Positions 7,807 to 17,326 of a stretch of DNA of 29,236 nucleotides are shown here, piece by piece. Positions within the stretch are counted from its first letter, which is position 1. Every line of letters starts with the position of its first letter. Position numbers and translations under genes: made by a program. The DNA lies in the IMG/VR virus record IMGVR_UViG_3300012942_000108, positions 1 through 29,236 of that record; one strand, given 5' to 3'. This DNA is from a virus. Lineage: Duplodnaviria; Caudoviricetes. The notes beneath the pieces are model-generated. The model was not told the origin of the DNA. It did no database searches and saw only the letters and a list, made by a program, of their open reading frames with translations.

Positions 7807-10439
7807 GGCTTCCTATATAATTTACCGTCTTTTCCGGTGTATATTGTCCCGGATGGGAGGGCATCGTACTGGGCTTTCGTGGTTACGGTCTGATGCGCAC
7901 TAGATGATGTGCTATTGCTGTGCACGACGGCGCGCGCCTCTGGCGTCAAACGCTGATCGAAGTCGTTTAGGCCAGTGGTGTCATGATACTGCTGACGCAG
8001 ACCGCCCAACTGGCCGCCCATAAGCGACTTGTAGGTATTCACTGCACCAGCCAATTGGTCCCAAGAACTTGCACGATTAAGAGCATCGCGGAGTTCCTCG
8101 CGATCTGTCAGGGCCCCCCCGCTGCCTACGATAGCTTTGGCGATCTCGGCACCAACGATGCTCTTGGCCGCTTCAAAATTTGTCGGCGCCGCTTCGCCAA
8201 ACTGGCTCTCAAAGGCGTTTTTCGCCTTATTGATGGCTTGCACATTGCCGTTGTCCAAAGCCTGTGCCAATCCTTCCAATGTATTGAGATGCGATATACC
8301 GACATTGAAAGACCGGATTGCGTTGCCCTGCTGGCCAGTAGCAAATGCCTTTGCGGCGGTCGAAAAGGACGCTTGTCGCTCCGCAATTTGAGAAGGTGAA
8401 TATCCTTCTGCTGTCATTTCCTCAGTGATCGCGTGTTGTACTTGGGCGCGATTCTGGGCACCAACATTCCCATACCCGAGGCCGGCAAGTACCGTATGGT
8501 CACCAGCCACATATTGCTGCGCGATACGCTTGGCATCATCAGGGCTAAGAGATGCAGCCCCCGTTCCAAGCGGTTTGGCGGCAATGGGAGTTTGTCCCAT
8601 CATTTGTTGCCCGGTCCGGCTATTAATCAGAATTGGCCTCTGGGAAGAAGGGTCAACACCAGCATATTGCCAACTCCCAGCATTTTGTAGGGCGAGTTCG
8701 CCCTGCTGATATTTTGCAGTCTGAGTAAGTTGCTGCTGGCGCAATTCCTGATCCGCGACTTCTTTCGCCTGGTCAAAGGAAAGCTGCTTACCGAACTGCT
8801 CTGCCTGCTGCTGAAGCCTTTGTGCCTCCAATTCGACATCTTCCTTCTTGATGCCGAGGTCTTCGTCCGAAACATTTTCTGTGTGCTGTTCCTTGGCAAG
8901 CCCGATTTCATCCTGACGCTGGCGCTCTATGGACGCCAAGGCCGCAAGACCACCCGCACCAATCGCAGAAGCGTTCGGATCGTTGGATTTGGCAAGGGTG
9001 GCGAGTCCGAAATTCAGAAGTGGGTTATTAAGTGCCTTCGTTCCCCAACTCTGGTCATTGGCAATATCGGCCAAAGACCGAACCTGAGGCTGTGGCGAAC
9101 CCGACGCAGCCGCCGTCTGTGATTGGGAATTGTCATTGCTGGGAGCGATTCCTGTAGCAGCCGCATTTGTCTGCGGTTGCGTTGATAGCGGCACAATTGG
9201 AACGACGTTCGGAGGTACGAACGATCCGAGATCGGCAAGAGATGCGTCTGAATACGGCATCCCGCCATCAGCATAACCATGAACTAGGCCGCCTTTGGCA
9301 AGACCGAGATATGCCAATCCTTCATTGGCAAGCGAACCAAGAGCCTTTCCGACCGTATTCTGCCCAGTCCCTAGCACGCCACCAGAGCCACCAGTATCCG
9401 TCATCTGGTTCGGCGTTACCGCGACAGTACCAAGGGGATCGGAATTTGTCTGAGGCGTCCGAAGCATATTCACAAATGACGATAGATTGGAAAGATAGCT
9501 ATCCGGCATATAGCCAGACGAAATCTGGCCGCCATTAGCACGCCGAACGACAGCGCCGCCCCTATTCAAAAGCAAGCTACCAAGAACGCCGCCAGTCCCA
9601 AGAAGATCACTCAGAAGATTTCCGCTCGTGCTGCTCGTTGTAGTGCCGCCCGCTTGTCCAGCCACCTGTCCAAGGATGTTCGATAGATATTGCGTTGTCT
9701 GGAACGGGTACTGCTGCTGGTTCAAATACTGCTGATAGTTGGCAGTATCGGCATTCTGTGCCGTCTGCTGGCCGGTCGTTCCCATATTGAACAGTGAATT
9801 TGCTGTATTTATTCCGAGGCTGCCGGTGAGGGAGCCCAGATTGGCGAGGCCGGATGCGCCCTGTAACGCAGTATAAGCGTTTCCGAGCCCCTGCTGGAGC
9901 TGGAGGTTCTGCTGGTTCTGTGCCGTCTGGAGGGCCTGCGTGTAGTTCTGGTTGTTGAGATTTGCGAGCGTCGAGTTATTGGCGAGTGCCTGCTGCCCAG
10001 CAAGCTGTGCCTGCGCTACACCAGCGCGATCCCCTCCCCATGCTCCCGACGCAATAGCATTGCCCTGAAGCGCGGTCTGTTGTTGCGCATCCTGGTTCTG
10101 AAGCTGCGCCATCGTGGAATTGATGACATCCTGCTGGTACGGAGATTCATACTGGCTGATGCTGCTCGATGTTAGCGGATTGACGCTGATGGGCTGTGAC
10201 GCAGAGGTATACATGCTTTGAGCCTGATTGAGATACGGGCTCACAGCATTCTGCAAATTCGCCAAAGATGATGTAGCGCCAGTCTGCGTCGAATTGAGCG
10301 GCGCAACAAGTTGTCCAGTATATGGTTGGTATGGAGTAGACGCGACCTGCTGTGCCTGTCCTACAAGCTGCTGCTGCGCATTCTGCACATACTGCGGCTT
10401 GGACTGCGTCGATGTCTGAGTGGTACCTTTCCCGCACAT
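7803..10439 (-). CDS. Putative DNA ejection/pilot protein
   Basis: 878 aa; MCGKG N-terminus, Q/N-rich domain with GAWGGDR, central GG-motif linker, coiled coil, C-terminal YDALPSGTIY..DG....KP. Confidence 0.75.
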   Translation of the reverse strand: MCGKGTTQTSTQSKPQYVQNAQQQLVGQAQQVASTPYQPYTGQLVAPLNSTQTGATSSLANLQNAVSPYLNQAQSMYTSASQPISVNPLTSSSISQYESPYQQDVINSTMAQLQNQDAQQQTALQGNAIASGAWGGDRAGVAQAQLAGQQALANNSTLANLNNQNYTQALQTAQNQQNLQLQQGLGNAYTALQGASGLANLGSLTGSLGINTANSLFNMGTTGQQTAQNADTANYQQYLNQQQYPFQTTQYLSNILGQVAGQAGGTTTSSTSGNLLSDLLGTGGVLGSLLLNRGGAVVRRANGGQISSGYMPDSYLSNLSSFVNMLRTPQTNSDPLGTVAVTPNQMTDTGGSGGVLGTGQNTVGKALGSLANEGLAYLGLAKGGLVHGYADGGMPYSDASLADLGSFVPPNVVPIVPLSTQPQTNAAATGIAPSNDNSQSQTAAASGSPQPQVRSLADIANDQSWGTKALNNPLLNFGLATLAKSNDPNASAIGAGGLAALASIERQRQDEIGLAKEQHTENVSDEDLGIKKEDVELEAQRLQQQAEQFGKQLSFDQAKEVADQELRQQQLTQTAKYQQGELALQNAGSWQYAGVDPSSQRPILINSRTGQQMMGQTPIAAKPLGTGAASLSPDDAKRIAQQYVAGDHTVLAGLGYGNVGAQNRAQVQHAITEEMTAEGYSPSQIAERQASFSTAAKAFATGQQGNAIRSFNVGISHLNTLEGLAQALDNGNVQAINKAKNAFESQFGEAAPTNFEAAKSIVGAEIAKAIVGSGGALTDREELRDALNRASSWDQLAGAVNTYKSLMGGQLGGLRQQYHDTTGLNDFDQRLTPEARAVVHSNSTSSSAHQTVTTKAQYDALPSGTIYTGKDGKLYRKP

Positions 10440-10441
10440 GG

Positions 10442-10933
10442 TCAGTGCCTCATCGCAACAGATTCCGCGCCCTGATCGCCACGGAACAGATAGAACTCAC
10501 CAGCCTTGGGAAGTTCACGATTATACAGACGGCACTTCGCCTCTGTACGAACATTCGATACGATGCCGATTAGAAGCGGCACGTGCATTTTGAGAGAGCA
10601 GGATTTGGCAAACTTCAACATACGCTTGGCGCGTTCGGACTTCCGGTAATCTGGATGGACAAAATTCCAGAATTCTTCCAGTACCGGCTCGCGCGAGTAC
10701 CACATATTTGACAGCCGAAGAAGAATAGAGCCTTCTAGCTTGTCACTTGGGCCAATGACGCCGATAAATCCTTGCTTGTTGAGCAACACATCTCGCACAA
10801 GTGATAGAACTAAGTCCTCATCCAGAGGAAATAGGCCGTTTTCTGCATGAAGCATCCGGCACAAATCCATAATTCCAGGCTCATCATCAGGGGTGGCCAT
10901 ACGGACACGATAAATAGACTGCACCGTTCCCAT
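10442..10933 (-). CDS. GNAT-family acetyltransferase-like protein
   Basis: VRMATPDD start; FVHPDYRKS acetyl-CoA motif A; typical podovirus position before ejection genes. Confidence 0.8.
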   Translation of the reverse strand: MGTVQSIYRVRMATPDDEPGIMDLCRMLHAENGLFPLDEDLVLSLVRDVLLNKQGFIGVIGPSDKLEGSILLRLSNMWYSREPVLEEFWNFVHPDYRKSERAKRMLKFAKSCSLKMHVPLLIGIVSNVRTEAKCRLYNRELPKAGEFYLFRGDQGAESVAMRH

Positions 10934-11529
10934 TAGTGTTTTTCCTTTGAACCAGCCGGTCCTGGCAGTTTCTTCATGGTCTTGATGGTCTTTTGCCGGG
11001 AATGCTTGACCCAGGCATCCAGCACTTTATGACCGCGCTCAAGGCTTCCGTATTTCTTGATGATGGCTTCCGGCAGGATCACATACTCGCCCCCAGCCGC
11101 CATGATCGGCACAGCGCCGCCTGTCTTGTACGGCATTGCCGCGGGCTTCCCGGTCGGGACGATACCGCTACTCCCAAGCGGAAACATATGATCCAGAACT
11201 TTGCCGCCGTGAAGCGTATTGCCTTCTCCGAGCCCAGAAACGACATCGGCCGGCACAACATACGATCCGGCCTTGACCTTGAGCGGCAGATGATCGGTAC
11301 GGCCGGCCACATGAGATGTCAGCAGGCCACCAGGATGCACAGCCTGATTTATGTCATGCCGAAGTGTTTTGAACGCTGATGGAGTTTGGCCGCCATTAGC
11401 ACGCTTCTGTGCTTCATCGGCTGTCCTCAGTGCGGCGGCGACAGCCTGCTTGTGCGGGTGGCCGGCTACTTCCATTTCGCGGATATTCTCGGAAATAGCC
11501 TTCCGGCTTGCGCTCTTAACAAGTGGCAT
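10933..11529 (-). CDS. Basic virion-associated protein with GG/GEYV motifs
   Basis: MPLVKSASRKAISENI...HKQAVAAAL N-terminus; GRTDHLP...GSYVVPADVV and MAAGGEYVI. Confidence 0.7.
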   Translation of the reverse strand: MPLVKSASRKAISENIREMEVAGHPHKQAVAAALRTADEAQKRANGGQTPSAFKTLRHDINQAVHPGGLLTSHVAGRTDHLPLKVKAGSYVVPADVVSGLGEGNTLHGGKVLDHMFPLGSSGIVPTGKPAAMPYKTGGAVPIMAAGGEYVILPEAIIKKYGSLERGHKVLDAWVKHSRQKTIKTMKKLPGPAGSKEKH

Positions 11530-11530
11530 A

Positions 11531-11752
11531 TCAGCTATCCGCCAGAAGTTGGATTTTGTAGGTTGTGCCGTTGATGGTCACAGGGAGATATAAGCCGCTT
11601 GCTGCACCTGCCGTTGATGCGGTGCCATTCGCCTGCGGAAATACGGCCTTCAACGTCTGATTCAGATTGTTGATAGCCTGAACGAGATTCAGCCCAATAG
11701 CATTAGCAGTATTGGAGTTGTTCTCAGGCGAAGTGATGTTCGGCGCTGTCAT
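11531..11752 (-). CDS. Hypothetical virion protein (position of tail needle/plug)
   Basis: Start moved to ATG 11752 (TGATG overlap); short coiled segment then YLPVTINGTTYKIQL. Confidence 0.65.
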   Translation of the reverse strand: MTAPNITSPENNSNTANAIGLNLVQAINNLNQTLKAVFPQANGTASTAGAASGLYLPVTINGTTYKIQLLADS

Positions 11753-13758
11753 CAGCCCCATTTCCCATCTTGTGAATAACGGACACGCAGCGTGTTGAAC
11801 CGCCAGAATGATCCGAGATCGGACGAACCAATACGCGCTGCTAAAAAGCGACCTCTCATCCTTGTCGTGAGATATTGCGTCGTATTCGTGATGTCATATG
11901 GCCCGCGCTGGACAACTGGGCTTCCTTGGTTTTTCTGAGAGAATAGGATCAGGTTTATCGTGCTATCGGACGTTGTATCATTAAAGGTCGGCTCAACGAG
12001 GTCTGCAAACCAGAAATCAGAACCATTGCTGACGTCTGTATAAGACGTGAGGGCATAAGCAACGAGTGGCGCGCCATCGGCATCATTACTCGTTTCGTGC
12101 TGCTGTATCAGGCCATTTCCATCGACGCCAATCGGAGGTCCAAATACAGATTCATCGGTCCAGCATGTCCGGACCATCATGCCATAATCCCATAGATTTT
12201 CTGCGACGTTGAACTTTACATATGAGTCTACTTCGCCATTGCCCGTTTTTGATGGGAAAAAGAATGCAACTTCATTAAAGAGACTGTTGGACGCTGCAAA
12301 TACCTTGTCGCTGCGCGTGTAGTCCAGATTGTTGAAGATGAAATCGAACACCGTGCATGGAAGCGCCTGAACGCCACCGCCCGCATAGTAATAGAATTGC
12401 TTATAACCAAGCCAGTACACGACGCTGCCAAGGATCGTCGCAGCCCTAGCCGCAAGAAGTCCACACGACTGACCGATGCGTGTGAAGCCGAACACATACG
12501 GCAACTGGATGTACTGCATCGACCAGACATCGAGATCGGTCCATATCAGAGCTTGCAGAGGCCCCTGAATGCCCCCTACGATGTGTGAGCCAGTAGGGAT
12601 GCGATAACTGCCAGCTTGGTTGGTTACGGTAGCCGTCCAGTCCGTATAATCGTCCACGTCAGACCAGCGGATCAGATTTGGATCTTGCGTTCCACCAGTC
12701 TCGGCGCCCAGCGCCACCATGATCTGCTGCGGCATCGCCACGAATGAGGCCGTCATGGCTTGGGGTGCCTCGCTGATCTGCGTCATGCGAGGATTGGTCA
12801 CATAGGGCGGAATCCAGATATACAGGCCCCCATTAGTGTAGTTCCCAATTCCATCTTCGCCCCAATTGTCGAAGAACCATTGGCGCACTGGTGTAATCGC
12901 TACATTGGAACCGTCATCTTCACCCCAGCTACCACCACCCCAATCACCACCACCCCAGCCGGATTCCGTTATCGGATCGGCCGCACCAGTTGGTAAAAGA
13001 TATTGGAACTGAACGTCGCCACCATTCTCCGATGCGGTATCATCGGATGTAGCATTCCCGTCAGCCGTTATGGAGAAATTGTCTGCATCAATCGGCGTTG
13101 GAATATACGCACCGGAAATCGTCAAACCGCCAACAGAAGTAGAGACATTTGCGTAAAAGAACGCTCCATCGGGAAAACTATAATTATCGAGTTTCACATT
13201 GACGGTAGGGCTACCATTCACAGTCGTGAATACTGGTACTGCACCGCTGTTCGATACTGTCGCAGTAGCTGGCGTACCAGCATCAACGGTATAACTATCC
13301 GTATCCAGACTTGTGACTACCTGGTAATAGCCATAGAGAACGACGCCACCAATCGAGACATAGACGGGCAGATAGATCCAATCACCGGCCTCTGTATTGC
13401 TTCCCGTGTCGTTGATCGTAACAATCTGGCTATCTTCTGTGGTCGAGAGATCAGGCGAGACATTTACGGGGTCTTTTTTGAGCGGTGTAATATCTTCAAT
13501 CTGACCACCGTCAAATAGTTGAACGCGCTCATTCGTGCCAATGATGAGTTCGGGATTGTTGGCTAGCGTTTCCCACGCATGGATGCCTCGTGCTACGCCA
13601 ATAACGGCCTGCGATGTCATCCTCATCCAGCCGCCGAGCTTTTGAAGCATTCCCTGAAGCCAGCGTATCTTGTCCGACTCACGCCAAGTCATCTCGCTTG
13701 CGTACCGCGATACCTGGGTGTTGATTCCTGGCTTCAGTTCGAGTTTGGCGAATGGCAT
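11752..13758 (-). CDS. Tail nozzle/packaged DNA stabilisation protein (tail tubular B / P22 gp10-like role)
   Basis: Start moved to ATG 13758 (TGATG overlap); 668 aa beta-rich; LKPGIN start, IRWSD, two inserted beta repeats, R.RGR C-terminal motif. Confidence 0.75.
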   Translation of the reverse strand: MPFAKLELKPGINTQVSRYASEMTWRESDKIRWLQGMLQKLGGWMRMTSQAVIGVARGIHAWETLANNPELIIGTNERVQLFDGGQIEDITPLKKDPVNVSPDLSTTEDSQIVTINDTGSNTEAGDWIYLPVYVSIGGVVLYGYYQVVTSLDTDSYTVDAGTPATATVSNSGAVPVFTTVNGSPTVNVKLDNYSFPDGAFFYANVSTSVGGLTISGAYIPTPIDADNFSITADGNATSDDTASENGGDVQFQYLLPTGAADPITESGWGGGDWGGGSWGEDDGSNVAITPVRQWFFDNWGEDGIGNYTNGGLYIWIPPYVTNPRMTQISEAPQAMTASFVAMPQQIMVALGAETGGTQDPNLIRWSDVDDYTDWTATVTNQAGSYRIPTGSHIVGGIQGPLQALIWTDLDVWSMQYIQLPYVFGFTRIGQSCGLLAARAATILGSVVYWLGYKQFYYYAGGGVQALPCTVFDFIFNNLDYTRSDKVFAASNSLFNEVAFFFPSKTGNGEVDSYVKFNVAENLWDYGMMVRTCWTDESVFGPPIGVDGNGLIQQHETSNDADGAPLVAYALTSYTDVSNGSDFWFADLVEPTFNDTTSDSTINLILFSQKNQGSPVVQRGPYDITNTTQYLTTRMRGRFLAARIGSSDLGSFWRFNTLRVRYSQDGKWG

Positions 13759-14504
13759 CAGGACCAAGCCAATCTGACTAGGCCATCGCCGCCATTACCG
13801 GCTCGCGTCCCAGCTCCGAATCCAGCGCCAGTTGCCAATACGCCGCCGCCGCCGCTACCTGTACTACCATTGCCACCTATGACCGGTGCCGATGTCCCAG
13901 ATACATTTGCACCGCCATTTGCCCAAACACTGTCACCCCCTCTGATATTCTCATTGGCAGAACCGGAACCGCCCGTTGTATTTGTTGTGCCGCCTGTTGC
14001 AGTTCCGCCAGAGGATGTGCCCGCGCCACCTGTCATGGAAATTGATCCGGCAGACAAACTGGCAGAGAGACTGCTGTTGCTGCCATAATTTCCGCTGCCG
14101 CCACCCGCAGATGGATATGCAGTACCGGGCCCTCCGGAACCGACTGTGAAGGAAATGGTTTTTCCCCAATCCGAACTCGAAAGCGTTACAGTCCTTTGTG
14201 CGGTGCCCGCAGCATTTCCACCCAGAGATATTGTTCCGCCAGTATTCAAAACGCCGCCGCCACCGCCTCCAGTGACATAGATGGTGACTGAAGATGCTCC
14301 GAATGGAACAGCCGGGGTGTAACTTCCGGGAGCCGTGTAATCATCGGTATGCGGCGTGAATGATACGAACGTTAATTCCCAGACGCCGGATATGCGCGTA
14401 TATGCCTGCTGTACCTGCTTCCATACCCCAGCGACGTTGATCCATATCTGGCTTACTTGGTGCCAGATGCCGCCATCTTTCACGAATGTCTGTGGGCCTG
14501 CCAT
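13758..14504 (-). CDS. Glycine-rich tail fibre tip/adhesin-like protein
   Basis: Three N-terminal G[IV]W repeats then polyglycine tracts ending GNGGDGLVRLAW. Confidence 0.7.
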   Translation of the reverse strand: MAGPQTFVKDGGIWHQVSQIWINVAGVWKQVQQAYTRISGVWELTFVSFTPHTDDYTAPGSYTPAVPFGASSVTIYVTGGGGGGVLNTGGTISLGGNAAGTAQRTVTLSSSDWGKTISFTVGSGGPGTAYPSAGGGSGNYGSNSSLSASLSAGSISMTGGAGTSSGGTATGGTTNTTGGSGSANENIRGGDSVWANGGANVSGTSAPVIGGNGSTGSGGGGVLATGAGFGAGTRAGNGGDGLVRLAWS

Positions 14505-14506
14505 AA

Positions 14507-15103
14507 TCAGTAGATGAAAAATACGTCGCCGTCATTGCCGCCAGATGGGCCACCCCCATTCTGGATGGTCAGAGCACGAGGACCACTGACACTATATGCC
14601 ATCGTTCCGACGCCGAGATTTGTGAGGGCACCAGAAGCAGTAATTGATCCAGTGCCACCGGACGATATTGGCAACGGAATCGGGATTGAAGCGCCGCCGC
14701 GGGCAAAGACGTTGGTGCCATCGCTACGATAGGTCTGTGTCGTGCCATCCTGCGGGACGTTCACAGTCGTTCCTGCTGGTGCGCCACTACCATTGTTCGC
14801 ACCGATTGAGACTAGGAAGGAACCTGTCGTATTGTTCTGTGCCGAGAAATTAAATGCGGCCGTTTCCGGGTACAGAATTGTGGCGTTAGCGGCCAATGAT
14901 CCGGTCAGGACCAGACTGGAATTTACTGCTTCATCCTGTGTGAGAATGATCGTGCCGCCAGCGGATACGTCCTTCGAAAGACCGCCAGAAATCGCTGTAT
15001 CAATGGTGACCATATTGGGATTCACCACGGCAGCGGCCCAGTTGTTGCGCACGCTCGGATCACCCTGAGCGGGTGTAATCAATGCAAGATTATCTGTGGC
15101 CAT
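14507..15103 (-). CDS. Short tail fibre protein
   Basis: N-terminal domain similar to the 441-aa fibre; PISSGGTG..ALTNLG motif; C-terminal PSGGNDGDVFFIY. Confidence 0.7.
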   Translation of the reverse strand: MATDNLALITPAQGDPSVRNNWAAAVVNPNMVTIDTAISGGLSKDVSAGGTIILTQDEAVNSSLVLTGSLAANATILYPETAAFNFSAQNNTTGSFLVSIGANNGSGAPAGTTVNVPQDGTTQTYRSDGTNVFARGGASIPIPLPISSGGTGSITASGALTNLGVGTMAYSVSGPRALTIQNGGGPSGGNDGDVFFIY

Positions 15104-15109
15104 CTTATA

Positions 15110-15859
15110 TCACCGTATCGTCTGGACTTGCGGCGCAGGCGGATACGCCGTCGCACCAGCACCAAGGAAGCGTTGGCGAGCAGATTGGAATGCTGCGCCC
15201 TTCTTGAGGTCGTTGTAGTGGCTTTCCCAACTGATCGCCTGCGGAGGGTTATCAGCGCCAGCGGACGAAAAGTTCTTCATGTAGCCGCTTGCGATAATCA
15301 TGCTCGCCGCCAGGAATACGTCAGGGAAATAGGTTGTAAGCATCGTGTCTGTGTTCGTTGCGGACAACGGCGTCTGCGTCACCACGCCATAGTATTCGAT
15401 GTTGTAGATTCCATCCGGCGAAGGTCCGATGATGATTTGCGATGAGTTGAACATCGCGTATTTCGTCAGTCCGTATTCAGGTGTCGCCGTGTAGGATTCG
15501 TTGGGATAGACGGCATTGATATATTCCGGTGTCACGCGGCTCATATTCACGCGCGTTCCAGAAGATGGTGACGTACTGGGTGGGGTGACCAAGCAAGCCT
15601 GTTCAATCGTCAGGAACTTGGACGGAATGGAAAATGATCGACTACCCGCGACAGTAGAAACGCTGGCATCCGTCGCTCTCAGCGCCAGAAAGTCCAGATC
15701 AGGATCGCGGTACATCATCCCTTCTGCGTCGGATATGAAGGAAGGATAAATCGCGTTGAAGTCAGGATCGTCAGTAGGTGTGCTAGAAGTGGCGTCTATC
15801 AGATTATAGCCACCCATTAGCTCGACAATCGCTGTTATCCAGTTGCTATAGCCGCTCAT
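15110..15859 (-). CDS. Head-tail adaptor-like protein
   Basis: 249 aa; FISDAE, GPSPDGIYNIEYY, YFPDVFLAAS; position after capsid module. Confidence 0.65.
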   Translation of the reverse strand: MSGYSNWITAIVELMGGYNLIDATSSTPTDDPDFNAIYPSFISDAEGMMYRDPDLDFLALRATDASVSTVAGSRSFSIPSKFLTIEQACLVTPPSTSPSSGTRVNMSRVTPEYINAVYPNESYTATPEYGLTKYAMFNSSQIIIGPSPDGIYNIEYYGVVTQTPLSATNTDTMLTTYFPDVFLAASMIIASGYMKNFSSAGADNPPQAISWESHYNDLKKGAAFQSARQRFLGAGATAYPPAPQVQTIR

Positions 15860-16249
15860 TCAATCATCATCTATCGTGAGGTTTGTAACGGGAGGCGCCG
15901 GATCAATAACGGGGGCTGGATTGATCGGAGACTGACCGACTGACCAGCCGCCAGTGCTCCAACCGCCCATGCTCCACCCTACTTCGCCTGTATCAGTTTG
16001 CTGAGGTCGTGGATTGAATACCGGCACAGGATCAGGAGGAACGACGATAGGACGGTTAAAGTTGAATGGCTTGTCCTGGCAGGGCGGACAAATCCTCAGT
16101 TTGAGATTCATCAGCCGATTACCGCGCCAATCGAACTGCCACGGCAACTCCTGTAGATTCCATGTCTGACCGCACCGATCACAGACGCCGAATGCACTCG
16201 GATTATCAGGATTTGTAGTGGCGTGCCCGGCTTTACTTGCGTAAACCAT
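15860..16249 (-). CDS. Zinc-finger (CxxC...CxxC) phage protein
   Basis: CDRCG and CPPCQD; PDPVPVFNPRP; C-terminal GGWS repeats. Confidence 0.75.
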   Translation of the reverse strand: MVYASKAGHATTNPDNPSAFGVCDRCGQTWNLQELPWQFDWRGNRLMNLKLRICPPCQDKPFNFNRPIVVPPDPVPVFNPRPQQTDTGEVGWSMGGWSTGGWSVGQSPINPAPVIDPAPPVTNLTIDDD

Positions 16250-16256
16250 TGATACC

Positions 16257-16961
16257 TCAGCGATAATATCCAGAAATGCCCGGTGTCAGATATAGTGGCA
16301 CGTTCGTCTCCACGTCTTGCTGTGCCGCTTTTTGCCAAGCTTTCTCAGCCTGTGCGGTACGCAGAACTTCCAAGTCAGGCGCGTAGATCATTGCCAGTTT
16401 TGCCGCCAAGCCAGATGCGTATGCCTCGAGGAATCGGTACGGAATGTCCGCCTGCTGCCCATTGACGAAATTCGCATCCTGAATCTGGACAGCACGGTAG
16501 AACTTCAGTGTGTAGTTCTGGCTTGGATCGGGAACGTTCCAGAGCGTGATCGTCGGGCTCAGAAGACGGTCGAACCAAAAGACAGTCGGCCGCCCCTGCT
16601 GGCTCTTGTCTGGGAAGCTCGCATATTCCGTGCGAGAGATCGGATAGATGATGATGTCTGTCGTGGTGCCGTCGCCGTTATCCGTGCTGATATAGGCATC
16701 GAGGATGGCAACCGTGGATGGGTCAACATCGTAAGTAGCTTGCCCCGTCACCAGCGGTATAGAAACAAGGTCGATAGTCCAGAGATTCGGAATATCGACA
16801 GACCAATCAACAAACAGCAGATTGGTCATCATCCTCGCATTCTGCATATGCTCTTCGGTGATTTCCGCACGCTTGATACGGATACGAGCATAAGAATTGA
16901 GGACAACCTCACCGATGGATGGTAAGAAGTTGTATGTGCCACTGGATGCAGGAATGGCCAT
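16257..16961 (-). CDS. Second head-tail adaptor-like protein
   Basis: 234 aa; ISRTEY...GRPTVFWFDR...VPD...YTLKFY; DIPYRFLEA..GLA; GGAG-type RBS. Confidence 0.65.
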   Translation of the reverse strand: MAIPASSGTYNFLPSIGEVVLNSYARIRIKRAEITEEHMQNARMMTNLLFVDWSVDIPNLWTIDLVSIPLVTGQATYDVDPSTVAILDAYISTDNGDGTTTDIIIYPISRTEYASFPDKSQQGRPTVFWFDRLLSPTITLWNVPDPSQNYTLKFYRAVQIQDANFVNGQQADIPYRFLEAYASGLAAKLAMIYAPDLEVLRTAQAEKAWQKAAQQDVETNVPLYLTPGISGYYR

Positions 16962-16975
16962 GGAGACGGCCCTCC

Positions 16976-17314
16976 TTACGGACCAGCGATACCCGCCTGC
17001 AAGCCTGTCGCAGCAACAGACCCATCACCGGAATTAACTGTCACACGCCAGCAAATGACCGGATCATTCATGAATGCCACCTCGTTATCGGTCTTTGCGG
17101 CAACGATGGCATCTGGAAATGCTGTCACAGCTACGGCCGCGACCGGAACCTGAGACGGATTGCCCGAAGGATCCTCATAAGCATACTCGACGGTATAATT
17201 CACAGTCCCGCTCACAACACATGCAATTGACAGGTTTGTTGGCGTCATATGCGGAGAAACATAAACCCACCGCGATGAGCCCTCTCCTGTCTGCGTTACT
17301 GTGATAGGCAGCAT
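16976..17314 (-). CDS. Hypothetical beta-rich virion protein
   Basis: 112 aa with GAGG RBS; VSGTVNYTVEY, RVTVNSGDGSV. Confidence 0.75.
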   Translation of the reverse strand: MLPITVTQTGEGSSRWVYVSPHMTPTNLSIACVVSGTVNYTVEYAYEDPSGNPSQVPVAAVAVTAFPDAIVAAKTDNEVAFMNDPVICWRVTVNSGDGSVAATGLQAGIAGP

Positions 17315-17326
17315 TCCGCCAAATCC

